DNA from: Octopus vulgaris
Taxonomy: Eukaryota
Direction of reading: 5' to 3'
NCBI GenBank assembly: GCA_951406725.2
Contig: OX597820.1
Location: 8,308,001 to 8,372,000, forward strand
DNA length: 64,000 bases
The position numbers were made by a program, and so were the translations under genes. Below, piece after piece: positions 38,544 to 50,957 of this stretch (positions are counted from its first letter, which is position 1; each line of letters starts with the position of its first letter). Below the pieces are notes generated by a model, which ran no database searches, had not been told where the DNA came from, and worked only from the letters and a program-made list of their open reading frames with translations.

Positions 38544-39799
38544 GGATCTTTTCACTTTGATCGGCAGATTTTTTTAATAATTTCTTTGTAACTAAACACT
38601 TTTAAACTTCGTATACTGGTAGAGTGTGTTACATAAAATATTTCTTTTTTCTCTTGGCTTTCTTGAAAAAATTCTGTAGTTTGTCAACAAAGGGTTAGGG
38701 GTGGGGGAAGGGTATCTTTTTTTCTTCAGAAATGTAAATAAACCCAATCTGTTTCTTAAATGAATATATAATATGTAATGTGTGTATTTGTGCAACAGAG
38801 AAGGAAATTAAAACTGCTTATGTTGTGAACTTAGAATGTGTTTATTAATTAAAGTTTAATAACGATAATCTTTTATTCATACGAACGTAACTGATACGAA
38901 ATATGCCATAAATAACAAGGACATTTTCATATGACACTGCAAATAAATGTTGTTGACAAAATACGGCAGAAATTGTATCCACCTCAATAGACGTCATTGA
39001 TTGGTTGAAATTGCCGAAATGCAAGAAATTAAACAACAAATAGCTTACAAACCACAGAATTTTCTCAAGAAAGCCAAGAGAAAAAGATGTTTTATGTAAC
39101 ACATTCTACCAGTATTACGGCAGAAATTGTATTCACCTCAATAGACGTCATTGATTGGTTGAAATTGCCGAAATGCAAGAAATTAAACAACAAATAGCTT
39201 ACAAACCACAGGATTTTCTCAAGAAAGCCAAGAGAAAAAGATGTTTTATGTAACACATTCTACCAGTATTACGGCAGAAATTGTATTCACCTCAATAGAC
39301 GTCATTGATTGGTTGAAATTGCCGAAATGCAAGAAATTAAACAACAAATAGCTAACAAACTACAGAATTTTCTCAAGAAAGCCAAGAGAAAAAGATGTTT
39401 TATGCAACACATTCTACCAGTATTACGGCAGAAATTGTATTCACCTCAATAGACGTCATTGATTGGTTGAAATTGCCGAAATGCAAGAAATTAAACAACA
39501 AATAGCTTACAAACTACAGAATTTTCTCAAGAAAGCCAAGAGAAAAAGATGTTTTATGCAACACATTCTACCAGTATTACGGCAGAAATTGTATTCACCT
39601 CAATAGACGTCATTGATTGGTTGAAATTGCCGAAATGCAAGAAATTAAACAACAAATAGCTTACAAACTACAGAATTTTCTCAAGAAAGCCAAGAGAAAA
39701 AGATGTTTTATAAACACATTCTACCAGTATACGAAGTTTAAAAGTGTTTAGTTACAAAGAAATTATTTTAAAAATCTGCCGGTCAAAGCGAAAAGACCC
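38544..39799. mobile_element. Non-autonomous DNA transposon with ~140-bp TIRs, 8-bp TSD and internal 5x154-bp tandem array
   Basis: TSD tatatctt (38536-38543 / 39800-39807) and termini GGATC../..GACCC. Repeat units start at 38962, 39116, 39270, 39424 and 39578. Confidence 0.92.
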
Positions 39800-40671
39800 T
39801 ATATCTTTACCATCACATACACCATGACGGAGTCCTGCCGTGTCCTCTCCTACTTCGTAGTCAACCCTATACAATGGTGTCAAACATTTTTCTATATCAC
39901 TGCTTGGAACCCTGAGCAAAATAAGGCTTTAAAAAGCCTTGGTTTGGTCGTTCGATCAGCTAGAAGTAACAGTCAAGTCTTCCTCAAGTCATATTCTTTT
40001 TTTTATAAAAAAATGAATGCATTAGAAAGTGTGGTCATGGTTGGATTGTCTAAAAAAGTAAGGATGAGACCAGAAACGTAGTGTGTAGTCAGTGTCGGGA
40101 GGGAGACGGGCGCGATTTTAAAAATTTCATTTTGTATTTAAATTTGGTGCCCCTAAAAAAAATTTGGCAACCAGAGTAACTGTCCCTGTGGCCCTGTCCA
40201 CACTATGCCGTTGTCCACGATGGTCACGGATGGAATGTCTTTGATCACACATTGACCTTGGGTTAAACAGCAACCCTACCTCACCCCTTAACCATACAGC
40301 TATGTCTGTGTCCGCCAGAATCATTAGAGTCGGGACAAAAATTGTCTTTTAGTCTCTATTTTTGCGGTTCTTTTATGTTCTGAATTCAAATTCGATCGAG
40401 CTCACAAAATTTAGTCAGTACCAGTGGTATACTGAGGTCGATTTAATCGCCTATATCCCTTCATCTCAAAAGGCCTGGGTCCAAATTAGAAATCCTAATT
40501 TTTTTTATTTCCTACCCACCCCACCCCCCACCCACCTACATCAATCTGCCACAAGACAAACCAATGAGAAATCCTTGTGGGTTGATCAGCCAACAAGAAA
40601 TAGCAGCCAAATTCCCTCAAACAACGCTTTACCTTCTTTTTAAAAAAGGAAGAGCTCGTTAGAGATTATAT

Positions 40672-40820
40672 ATATTTCTTCACTACCCACAAGGGGCTAA
40701 ACACAGAGGGGACAAACAAGGACAGACAAAGGGATTAAGTCGATTATATCGACCCCAGTGCGAAACTGGTACTTTATTTATCGACCCCGAAAGGATGAAA
40801 GGCAAAGTCGACCTCGGCGG
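40672..40820 (-). mobile_element. SINE family B, 5'-truncated
   Basis: 3' half only. Confidence 0.85.
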
Positions 40821-41162
40821 ACGGAAATATATTATTCCTGAAATAGAAAAAAATATCTGGGTCCTGAGTCGGAATTCTTTTGATCATAGGTTTACCTCAC
40901 CTGGGGCTAAACAACAACCCACCCACCCACCTTCACATGCCGTCCCACTACCAACTCACCGTCCCCACCAAACCATCCTACTCCTTCCTTTCCCCACACC
41001 CACGAGGTTTGCACCGGCATCCACGCTCCACATCCTTCACCAATCTCTACCATATGTTCGGTCGTCTCACTTGAACCCGCCGTCTACCTGTCCGGTCTGT
41101 ACCACTCCATAACTTACACCCACACACACACGCACGAGGCGATGAGGGAGCTTGGCTTGTTC

Positions 41163-41484
41163 ATAAGCGGAAAGTGTAACCTCTCGAAAGAGCTGTTCTT
41201 CACTCCTGCTCCAGAGTGTGGGCTGCGGGGGTCATTCCGAAAAGCTCTATCTGCGACGATTTCATCTCAATCGAAGGAGAGGGGCTTTCCCCGTCCGGGT
41301 TGCGGATCCGTGGAATAAGCTGCCGGACGAGATAGTGAAGATGCCGACGACCGCTCGGTTCAAAGTCTCCCTTGACCACAAGTGGCCTGAACTCTTTGCA
41401 TGAACACCACCCTGTACATAACTCCATGTCCCCCTACATGGCCTTGCTTTTTGCTTTTTGAGCCAAAAAATTAACGTAACTTAA
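41163..41484 (+). mobile_element. CR1-clade LINE 3' end (ORF2 C-terminus plus 3' UTR)
   Basis: GHSEKLYLRRFHLNRRRGAFPVRVADPWNKLPDEIVKMPTTARFKVSLD matches the CR1 GH..KL..R..RV..WN.LP..FK..LD motif. (taac)-type tail. Confidence 0.85.
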
Positions 41485-41880
41485 CATACGGTCGCTCTGC
41501 GTGCTAAAAACAGCAGCTGAATATTCCTCAAACAACGTCTTCCTGTCTTAACCGAGAAACAACATTAAGTAATGAGGGGTCCTAAATAAAGGCCATGGCA
41601 GGAATAGGCCTGATCACAAGTCTGCTAAATTAAGGTTGACCTGGTGTTAAACAACAACAAATTAACTGCACAGTCAACGAAGGAAAGAGTGTCAATGTAA
41701 TTGCTAGACTTGCTAAAAACAGCAGTTAATCCTCCAGCAGATCGCATTCTACTGTCTTGGGAATAAAAGGATACCCTTTGAGGTAGGTATAAGTGTCGGG
41801 TTCGAATCTAGCACGTCACTCCCACTCAGAAAAAATACGATGAACATACGACTTGGTCTACTGGAAACCTACAACTACCG

Positions 41881-42180
41881 GGTACAACTAGCGAACAGTG
41901 GTCCCGGTGCTCGCACACGCGCTAGCTAGTCGTAAGTAGTCGATCCTACAACGACTACCTAGCAAAGTAAATAAAACACAAAATAAATCATTTTTTTACA
42001 CAAAGTAAATAATTTTTGTTAAACAAAGTAAATAAAACACAAAAATACAAAGTAAATAATTTTTTAAACAAAATAAATAACACAAAAACACAAAGTAAGG
42101 ATCGACTAGTCATGACTAGCTGGCGCGGATGTGCGAGTACGCGAGAGCGCGCACCGGGACCACTGTTCGCTAGTAATACC
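41881..42180. mobile_element. 300-bp MITE with 9-bp TSD (MULE- or Merlin-type)
   Basis: TSD caactaccg at 41872-41880 and 42181-42189. The outer 30 bp of the TIRs match 28/30 and extend imperfectly to ~70-85 bp. AT-rich internal repeats. Confidence 0.92.
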
Positions 42181-42316
42181 CAACTACCGACGCTATTGTT
42201 CAACAATTCCAGTACAAAATACAACAGGCTTACTACATACATCCACCCGCCCTCACAGCCAATACCAACGACGCTTAAGCATCATGTCCCTCAATACACC
42301 TCACGTATTCGTTTGT

Positions 42317-42351
<35 letters not shown>

Positions 42352-42371
42352 GAAAGAAAGAAAGAAGACAG

Positions 42372-42402
<31 letters not shown>

Positions 42403-42648
42403 TAGATAGGTAGATAGATAGAAATAGCCATCCACTGAAGAACTGTTTTAATTTATGATGGGTCACAACCTGCCGTCGCACCTGGTTGCCTCTTTCCAAG
42501 GCTGTACGTGACCACACCGTGGTTGTCGGGTGCGATGCGTATGTTATCAGCAGATCAACAAGATGCCGTGTTTTTTTACACACGCGGGTTAGTACGTGAT
42601 TTTATGAAGGAGGGACAAGTAACAAAATGAAAAAACAATACACACCAA

Positions 42649-42705
<57 letters not shown>

Positions 42706-42929
42706 AAGATATATATGTGTGTGTGTGTGTGTGTGTGACAGAGAGATGAAGATAAGCAAGCTGAACCTTCGAAGTCGGTGAGCAATTGTTTCAATATATT
42801 CACAACTAAGGGAGGTTTAGTGAAACAGAAATATAGAAAGATTTCAACACAGAAAAGAAGGAAAAGAAAAAGGAGTTGGCTCTAAAAGTGATTAACGACG
42901 GCCCAGGTCAAAGCCGAAACAGGAAAAAA

Positions 42930-43185
<256 letters not shown>

Positions 43186-44450
43186 AGTGTTGAAGATTGA
43201 TGCTTAAAACAAGTGAAAATCCATTTAAATACATAAAGCAGGGTGTGTATAACTTATTAGAAAGTGGAAATTCAAATCTTGAGTTGTATCTCCGAGTCGC
43301 ATGTTTCCCATTGTTTAAACCAAAACAAGATCAATTGGCTAAATGGAAACACGAAACTCAAGAGTTATAAAGTCAAGAAGTCCCAGTTTACGAAGATATA
43401 CACACGCATACACAATATAAGATGCACTTATATATAAGTACATCTAAATATATTCACACATGTCTTATACATACGCACACTTGAAACATTGGCCAACGCC
43501 ATTTTGGGGTTATATTTAGCAACAATATTGATCAACGATTAAATACGAACTATTGTCTCTCTCTCTCTCTCTCTCTCTACTTCTTTTTCTTTCTACTTAT
43601 TGTATTAATGGCCTGTCTTAATCACCAATGCCCACACTACTAAAACGGATATGGTTTCACGACTCCACCATAATCACTTGTTTTTGTTGGGGGGTTTTTT
43701 TCCGGTTTTGGATCCAGTTACTCAAATCTTAAAACTGGTGTCAAAAATAAACCTAACAATACTTGCTAATTGCGTCAATCGTATATCTTACTCGAGTACA
43801 TCATTAAAGATATGATATTAAATACGTCAGCTTCTGGTTACAAAGTTGTTATTTTCTATCTATAAAACGGACATTCGAGAATTCGCGTTGGGAAACACTA
43901 TCTTGAACATCTCGAAGCTTCCTGATGTAACATACTTTCTCATGACATCCACGTTAATATGGAAATGGAATCTAATCAGATCTGTCCTGTATCCAGTAAG
44001 TCTGCGAGTAGCAGAATGCTTTTATCTCGGCGCTCTGTGTTCAAATCCCGCCGAGACCAATTTTACCAGTCGTCCTTCCGGGATAAATTAAAATACTAGT
44101 CATGTACTGTGATGTATCTCAAACTTCTTCAAAACAGAAAGTATGGGTAAGGATCCCTAAGGAATATATTTTATGCTGCTTCTACTTTCAGGGGTAGCTG
44201 GATGGCGGTATAAGCCCCAATGGCTACAGTAGATGTGTGAGGAGGAGCAGTGATCCGAGATATTAACAGCTTTGAAAGACACAGAGTCTGACACAATAAT
44301 ATGTTGGAGTTGATGGAAGAAGACGCATGGGGCCAACCCTGGTTCTCTCATGCAAAAACCGCTGTTGTAAATGGTTTACTAAGCTAGTGAAACCTTCTCT
44401 GATGATGTAATGTAAGAAGCTTTTAGTTGAGTTGGGTTCCAAACACCAGC

Positions 44451-44537
44451 GTCGTTTTAGCGATTTTTGTTAAGATCAAAGTCGAGTATCTGTTCTTATC
44501 AACTTAATATCCGAATCAGTCCCCACAAAAGGGGGAG
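44451..44537 (+). pseudogene. 3'-truncated U2 snRNA pseudogene
   Basis: taagatcaaagtcgagtatctgttcttatcaacttaatatccgaa aligns with the U2 5' region UAAGAUCAA(A)GUGUAGUAUCUGUUCUUAUCAG(C/U)UUAAUAUCUGAUA. The branch-recognition GUAGUA is mutated and there is no clear Sm site or 3' stems. Confidence 0.8.
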
Positions 44538-44911
44538 AGAGTAACCTCACCTACTGAGGTATCTTTGATGTAAATGTAATTGATGAAGACGAAGAAGGGG
44601 CAAGAGAACGAAGAAGGAAAAGGGGGAATTGGAACAAAAAGGTTTTATTTTATCAAATCCCTGAATAATTAATCAAATCTTTGATTATTTCTAATTACTT
44701 AAAAACTACATACGCAATGTGTTTTATTAGAAAACTGATGATAAACGGGTTTAAAACGCCATTTTTTAAATGTGAAAAGTTGTTTTCCCTAAAAGCCCAC
44801 CTTACTTTTTTTTTTAACGGATCATCGCAAAAGTACAATGAAAGATTACGTGAGAGAGAAATAGTCGCGAAAATTCGAAAGTATTATTATTATCATTATT
44901 ATTATTATCAT

Positions 44912-45360
44912 GGCGACGAGCAGACAAAATCGTTAGCGCGCAGGACGAAATGCTTGGCGGCATTTCACCCGTCACTACGTTCTGAGTTCAAATTCTGTCG
45001 AAGTCGACTTTGCTTTTCATTCTTTCGGGGTCGATAAATTAAGTACCAGTTACGCACTGGGGTTGATCTAATCGATTGGTCCCCTCCCCCAAAATTTCAG
45101 GCCTTGTGTATATAGTAGAAAGATTAATAATAATAATAATAATTATTATTATTATTATTATTATTATTATTGCGGCAAGCTGGCAGAATCGTTAGCACGC
45201 TGGACGAAATGCTTAGCAGTATTTCGTCCGTCTTTACGTTCTGATTTCAATTTCCGCCGAGGTCGACTTTGCCTTTCATTCTTTCGGGGTCAATAAATTA
45301 AGTACCAGTTGCGTACTGGGGTCTATCTAATCGACTGGTCTCCTCTCCAGAGTAGAAAAG
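44912..45360 (+). mobile_element. Two adjacent SINE B-related copies with an alternative 3' tail ending in (att)n
   Basis: Same head and centre as family B, but the tail is ggtcccctcccccaaaatttcaggcc..agtagaaaag(att)n. Copies at 44912-45120 and 45172-45360. Confidence 0.8.
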
Positions 45361-45940
45361 ATTATTATTATTATTATTATAAACTTTAGGGTTTGAATTT
45401 TTATTCCAAGTGAGGCCAAATACGTCTTCTTTCCTCCTTTTTTTTGGGGGGGGGAGGGGTGTCAATAAAATTACCAGTCATATATTGGGGTCGATATAAA
45501 TCAATCATATTCTCATCACCAAAAATCCAAAAAGATGAGGCCGCTGCCTATCTTAATAGGCAATATTCTAGCGATGGTTTATTAAGTAGCCAGGCTGCAG
45601 TACTTTTATGGCATTATTGATGCACTTCCTGTATCCATTTCTGTGAATAAATACCATCTTGAAGAATTCTTCAGCTGTTTCCTTAGAAAGCACTCCGTTT
45701 TTCAGTTTTAAGGTTTCTTAGACTTAAAGAATCGTCTGTACAGACTCTGAGTCGTTGTTTTATTGTATAACCAGGACAAGGCGACGAAGTGAGTATGCAA
45801 GATATTAAGAGACACCGTGCGAGTAAACATCTAACTTTAATTTGGCACTCAGGCCACTAACGCAGAGGGGACACTACAAGGACAGACACAACACCACAGT
45901 GGGGACAATAAACATAAAACGAATGAGTATGAATATTATA

Positions 45941-46163
45941 TATTTCTTTAGTGCCCACAAGGGGCTAAACATAGAGGGAACAAACAAAGGGATTAAGTCG
46001 ATTACATCGACCCCAGTGCGTAACTGGTACTTAATTTATTGACCCCGAAAGGATGAAAGGCAAAGTTGACCTCGGCGGAATTTGAACTCAGAACATAACG
46101 GCAGACGAAATACAGCTACGCATTTCGCCCGGCGTGCTAACGTTTCTGCCAGCTCGCCACCTT
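45941..46163 (-). mobile_element. SINE family B monomer with TSD
   Basis: Flanked by aatgagtatgaa(t/c)attatat. Confidence 0.9.
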
Positions 46164-47081
46164 CAATGAGTATGAACATTATATGATAATGAAAGATGAA
46201 ATGGCTGCATGGGCCCCACTCCTCATGCAGTACCATTTGAACGTTTGTACACACAGTCTTGTCAGTCTGTTGATTTTTTTTTCTTTCCTTAATTATCGTT
46301 TTTTTTTTTTTTTCCTTGAAACACATTTTCCTTTTTTTTTTTTCCTCTTTAACGCCTCATATACGGCTCCAGTTCTAACAGATCAATTACTGGTGGCAGC
46401 TCATTGAACTCCACCAACGCTCCGGCCGGGTCAATTCTACTCCCGCACATGTCTCTAAGTTCCTTATAGGTTTCCCTATCGACCACAATGGCCTTCATAC
46501 TCTCTGGGACACGTCTTTGGGCAACTTTACCCTTATGATGTGCCTGAACTTTACGATTTTTTCTCCACCCCCTTGTTCTTAGAATAGGTCACAAAATCCC
46601 ATTTGTCCCTCCCTCCTCTGGGTTTTCTCCTTTCTTCTTTTACTACCTTTCCTATTATAGGTTCCTCAATACTCTTCTCTATCATCTACTAACCGCTCAA
46701 ACTATACTTTATTATCTTAAATAAGGAATGATACTTTGAGTAATGTAGTCCTAGATATAAAATGCCAGCGAGGATAGAATTATTATGACTGGTCGGTTCT
46801 GATCCAGCAGATTATTAACAAAACTATTCTAAGCATGACAAACTCCAATCATAATTTATTTAGGACAACATTGTTCCTTCGTAACCCATCTTTAATAAGG
46901 CAGTAGTTTGTGATTTGAGGGAGATTTTGGTTGTTGCTTTTAGTAGGTCGAGCGACCACCGGTTGTCAGTATTATTATTACTGTTTAACCCCAGATCAAC
47001 CTTGACTGAGAAAACCTATGATGAAAGATTTTCCACCCGCATCAAGGACATTATCTAACGTGTCTTTAATGGTATTGTACG

Positions 47082-47313
47082 AAGGCGGCGAGCTGGCAGA
47101 AACGTTAGCACGCCGGGCGAAATGCTTAGCGGTATTTCGTCTGCCGTTACGCTCTGAGTTCAAATTCCGCCGAGGTCGACTTTGCCTTTCATCCTTTCGG
47201 GGTCGATAAATTAAGTACCAGTTACGCACTGGGGTCGATATAATTGACTTAATCCATTTGTCTGTCCTTGTTTGTCCCCTCTGTGTGTAGCCCCTTGTGG
47301 GTAGTAAAGAAAT
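47082..47313 (+). mobile_element. SINE family B monomer with TSD
   Basis: Flanked by ggtattgta(c/t)gaagg. Confidence 0.92.
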
Positions 47314-47364
47314 AGGTATTGTATGAAGGGTCGGACCCATAGCCTTTCTCAAGCTATCCAGGAG

Positions 47365-47625
47365 AGGTGGGGTACCCATAGTTAATGTTTCTGAACAAGG
47401 GACGACTACAGCGGGGCGGGGATATGAGCAGAAAGTTAGTTCCAGAGAGAGAAAACGTTCTAGGATGAAAGGACTAGGCCTTGAGGTTAGGACATAGTTT
47501 GGCTGCGTGGAGGCAACAGCATGACAAGAAGAGGAATGAGGGAGTCTGAAGAATAGAGGCCAATGGTAGAAAAGAACAGAGCGAAGACACAGCAAGTCCA
47601 AAGGTTGGAGAACGTTTGGTGAGGA
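47365..47625 (-). mobile_element. Decayed CR1-group LINE C-terminus
   Basis: LQPL..AVSSLCSF..SPFIL motifs across frames, similar in style to 36630-36830. Confidence 0.45.
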
Positions 47626-47662
47626 ACATAATACTAACAATCAGTCGAATGGTTTTTGTTTT

Positions 47663-47818
47663 TGGAGTGGTTGACGTTAGGAAGGGCATCCAGCTGTAGA
47701 AACACTGCCAGATCAGACTAGAGCCTGGTGCAGCCTCCATGGTTTCCAGACCCCGGTCGAACCGTCCAACCCATGCTAGCGTGGAAAACGGACGTTAAAT
47801 GATGATGATGATAATGAT
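47663..47818 (+). mobile_element. RTE 3' UTR copy (short)
   Basis: Conserved family C 3' block with (gat)n. Confidence 0.85.
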
Positions 47819-47855
47819 TTCATGGATGCAGAAGCAAGCAGTATTCCATTTAAGA

Positions 47856-48092
47856 AAGGCGGCGAGCTGGCAGAAACGTTAGCAAAACAAGCAAAATGCT
47901 TAGCAGTATTTCGTCTGCCGCTACGTTCTGAGTTCAATTTCCGCCGAGGTCGACTTTGCCTTTCATCCTTTCGGGGTCGATTAAATAAGTACCAGTTACA
48001 CACTGGGGTCGATATAATCGACTTAATCCGTTTGTCTGACCTTTTTTTTTTATACTCTCTGTGTTTAGCCTCTTGTGGGTAGTAAAGAAATA
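47856..48092 (+). mobile_element. SINE family B monomer with TSD
   Basis: Flanked by gtattccatt(t/c)aaga. Confidence 0.9.
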
Positions 48093-49578
48093 GGTATTCC
48101 ATTCAAGACTGTATAGAGTGATTTGAAGGATATACGACCAAGATTTGTAACACATTCAACAAAAGACACACATTTTAATCGCGCACCCGTTATTGCTTTG
48201 ACTCGCTGACGTATTTCAATGAAACCCATAAGTTCTTTATGACATGAACATTCTAGAAATAACCGAATGAATACCTCACCCCTATTTACGTAAACTTCCC
48301 ATTCACTGATAAGGTCAGTTTCCTCCGATAAGGCACCCCAAACCAAACGATTATTTTACACCGCTATATATGGTCAGGATCTCTCAAAACCCCCATCCAC
48401 ATCTATAGTAACGCCATTGTTGGGCAGCATCACTCCCAGACATTTCTGGAATATTCTGGAGAATATTTTCTTGCGTTAATAATGTAAACTAAACTGTAAC
48501 GAAGATAAACACTTTATTGCAGTCTGTGTGTCGACGTTCGTTATTTGATTTCATTTGCTTCTATACAAAAGCATTATGTAATATACATATATAGACACAC
48601 CTATACACAAATTTACATACAGCTATATCCGTATAAACTCACAAGCAAATATATAGATAGAGTAAATTTAAGTACAGCCCTATAGTTTGCAGGAGTGGCT
48701 GTGTGGTAAGAAGCTTGCTTCCCAACCACGTAGTTTCGGGTTCGAAACTGATCGGTCGTTTGTTTAATGTGCTGGTTAAACGATCAATCGTTTGTTCATC
48801 AAAGTCATTTCGTCGCGGCCTCTTCAATGATATGCTTCCTCTCTTTAAGGTCTAGCCTGAGTCACCTTGAAGAGAGAGAGAGAGAGAGAGAGAGCATGTC
48901 CCAAAACACAAGATTTGTTTCGCCATTTCACATTAAGAATCTTGCAAACCAAATCCCAAAAACTATAAACTATTTTCATTAAATTGCATGGTGTACGACA
49001 CAAGATTCTTAACTGTAATGTTTGTCGTTTCAAGAATGTTGTTACAATAAATCAAATATTTGTATCTAAACGTAAATATAAAAGATGTGGGTTAAATAAA
49101 AATACACAAAACATTTGTGTAGCCATTGTCTTCACACGCAGCTTATTGTGAAACAACCAAAGAAGAGTTAATGACTTCCAACCGACACTAAACGACTATT
49201 GCTCGTTTAACACTGAACAACAATAGTCTTTCGTCGGTGGTTCCTCCCCCCACCTATCACCACCACCACCAGTTTAATGACAAAGTCAGCAGTCTCACAG
49301 AGAAGAGGAGGGAGAGAAGAGGAGCTGTCACAGCATTTGTGAAATGTTTGAAACTGGAAGTCTTTAAACAAAACGGTTGACGAGTTGTTTATGACAACAA
49401 TCTCAAATATTTTTCGGAATTTTAAAGACAGGGTCTTACTAAACAATCTCACACACCCACCCCACCATGACCACCACCACCACGAAGTAAAAGCTTCACA
49501 CACACACACACATTCTCAGAGCTCTCGGCCTCAGAACTGATTAATTCAATGACGCTATTAGCATGAAAAACAATAGTT

Positions 49579-49992
49579 GGATCTTTTCGGTTTGACCAGC
49601 AGTTTTTTTTCTAGCGGTGTCATATGAAATTGTCACTCATAATTATGACCCTAGTATCGATCTATTGCACTTCAATCTGTTTTAGGGTTAGGGGTGGGGG
49701 GAAGGGTATCTTTTTTTCTTCAGAAATGTAAATAAATCCAATCTGTATCTTAAACTAGGGACATATTCATACGGCACAGAATGTTTTCACTGAAATAGAC
49801 GTCATTGATTGGTTGAAATTGCAGAAATTGAAGAAAAAAAAAACAACAAATATCTTACAAACCATAGAATTTTCTCAATAAAGCCAAGAGAAAAAGATGT
49901 TTTATAAACACATTCTACCAGTATACGAAGTTTAAAGTGTTTAGTTACGTGGAAATTATTTTAAAAAACTGCCGGTCAAACCGAAAAGATCC
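49579..49992. mobile_element. 414-bp MITE with 8-bp TSD (Merlin-like; hAT not excluded)
   Basis: TSD caatagtt on both sides. TIR ggatcttttcggtttgacc.gcagttttt / aaaaactgccggtcaaaccgaaaagatcc. Confidence 0.92.
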
Positions 49993-50223
49993 CAATAGTT
50001 AAGTCAGTGTTGCTATGGAGAGCATTACAAGATCTGTATTATCTCAACAAATGTATTATTCGTGATTTTCTAATCAAATCAAACTCTGCCGTCTTAAAGT
50101 TAGGAAAGACTCATCAATAATGCAGTCCAAAATACATAATGGTAACATCTAGAATTGCTCTGATTACAGGTCAGCTCTATCAGTGATTATTTTAAGCCAA
50201 GCAATCACAAAAGCTCAACAATA

Positions 50224-50385
50224 GGCGCAGGAGTGGCTGTGTGGTAAGTAGCTCGCTAACCAACCACATGATTCCGGGTTCAGTCCCACTGCGTGGCATC
50301 TTGGGCAAGTGTCTTTTGCTACAGCCCCGGGCCGACCAATGCCTTGTGAGTGGATTTGGTTGACGGAAACTGAAAGAAGCCTGTC

Positions 50386-50421
<36 letters not shown>

Positions 50422-50870
50422 CAAAATACATAATGGTAACATCTAGAATTGCTCTGATTACAGGTCAGCTCTATTAGTGATTATTTTAAGCCAAGCAATC
50501 ACGGACCAGTGGTTAGGGCAACGGATTCGCGGTCGTAGATCGCGGTTTCGATTCCCAGACCGGGCGTTGTGAGTGTTTATTGAGCGAAAACACCTAAAAA
50601 GCTCCACGAGGCTCCGGCAGGGGATGGTGGTGATCCCTGCTGTACTCTTTCACCATAACTTTCTCTCACTCTTTCTTCCTGTTTCTGTTGTACCTGTATT
50701 TCAAGGGGCCGGCCTTGTCACTCTCTGTGTCACGCTGAATATCCCCGAGAACTACGTTAAGGGTGCACGTGTCTGTGGAGTGCTCAGCCACTTACACGTT
50801 AATTTCACGAGCAGGCTGTTCCGTTGATTCGGATCAACCGGAACCTCATCGTCGTAACCGACGGAGTGCT

Positions 50871-50957
<87 letters not shown>

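Noticed and set aside
38962-39731. 154-bp array as a CRISPR or coding repeat
   Set aside because: There are no spacers and no ORF. It is the amplified subterminal region of a TIR element.
40090-40212. hAT-like mini element (cagtg...ccgttg)
   Set aside because: The termini are poorly matched and there is no TSD.
48180-48470. Tc1-like 'VWGALS' motif on the minus strand
   Set aside because: It is a single short motif with no other DDE motifs or TIRs.
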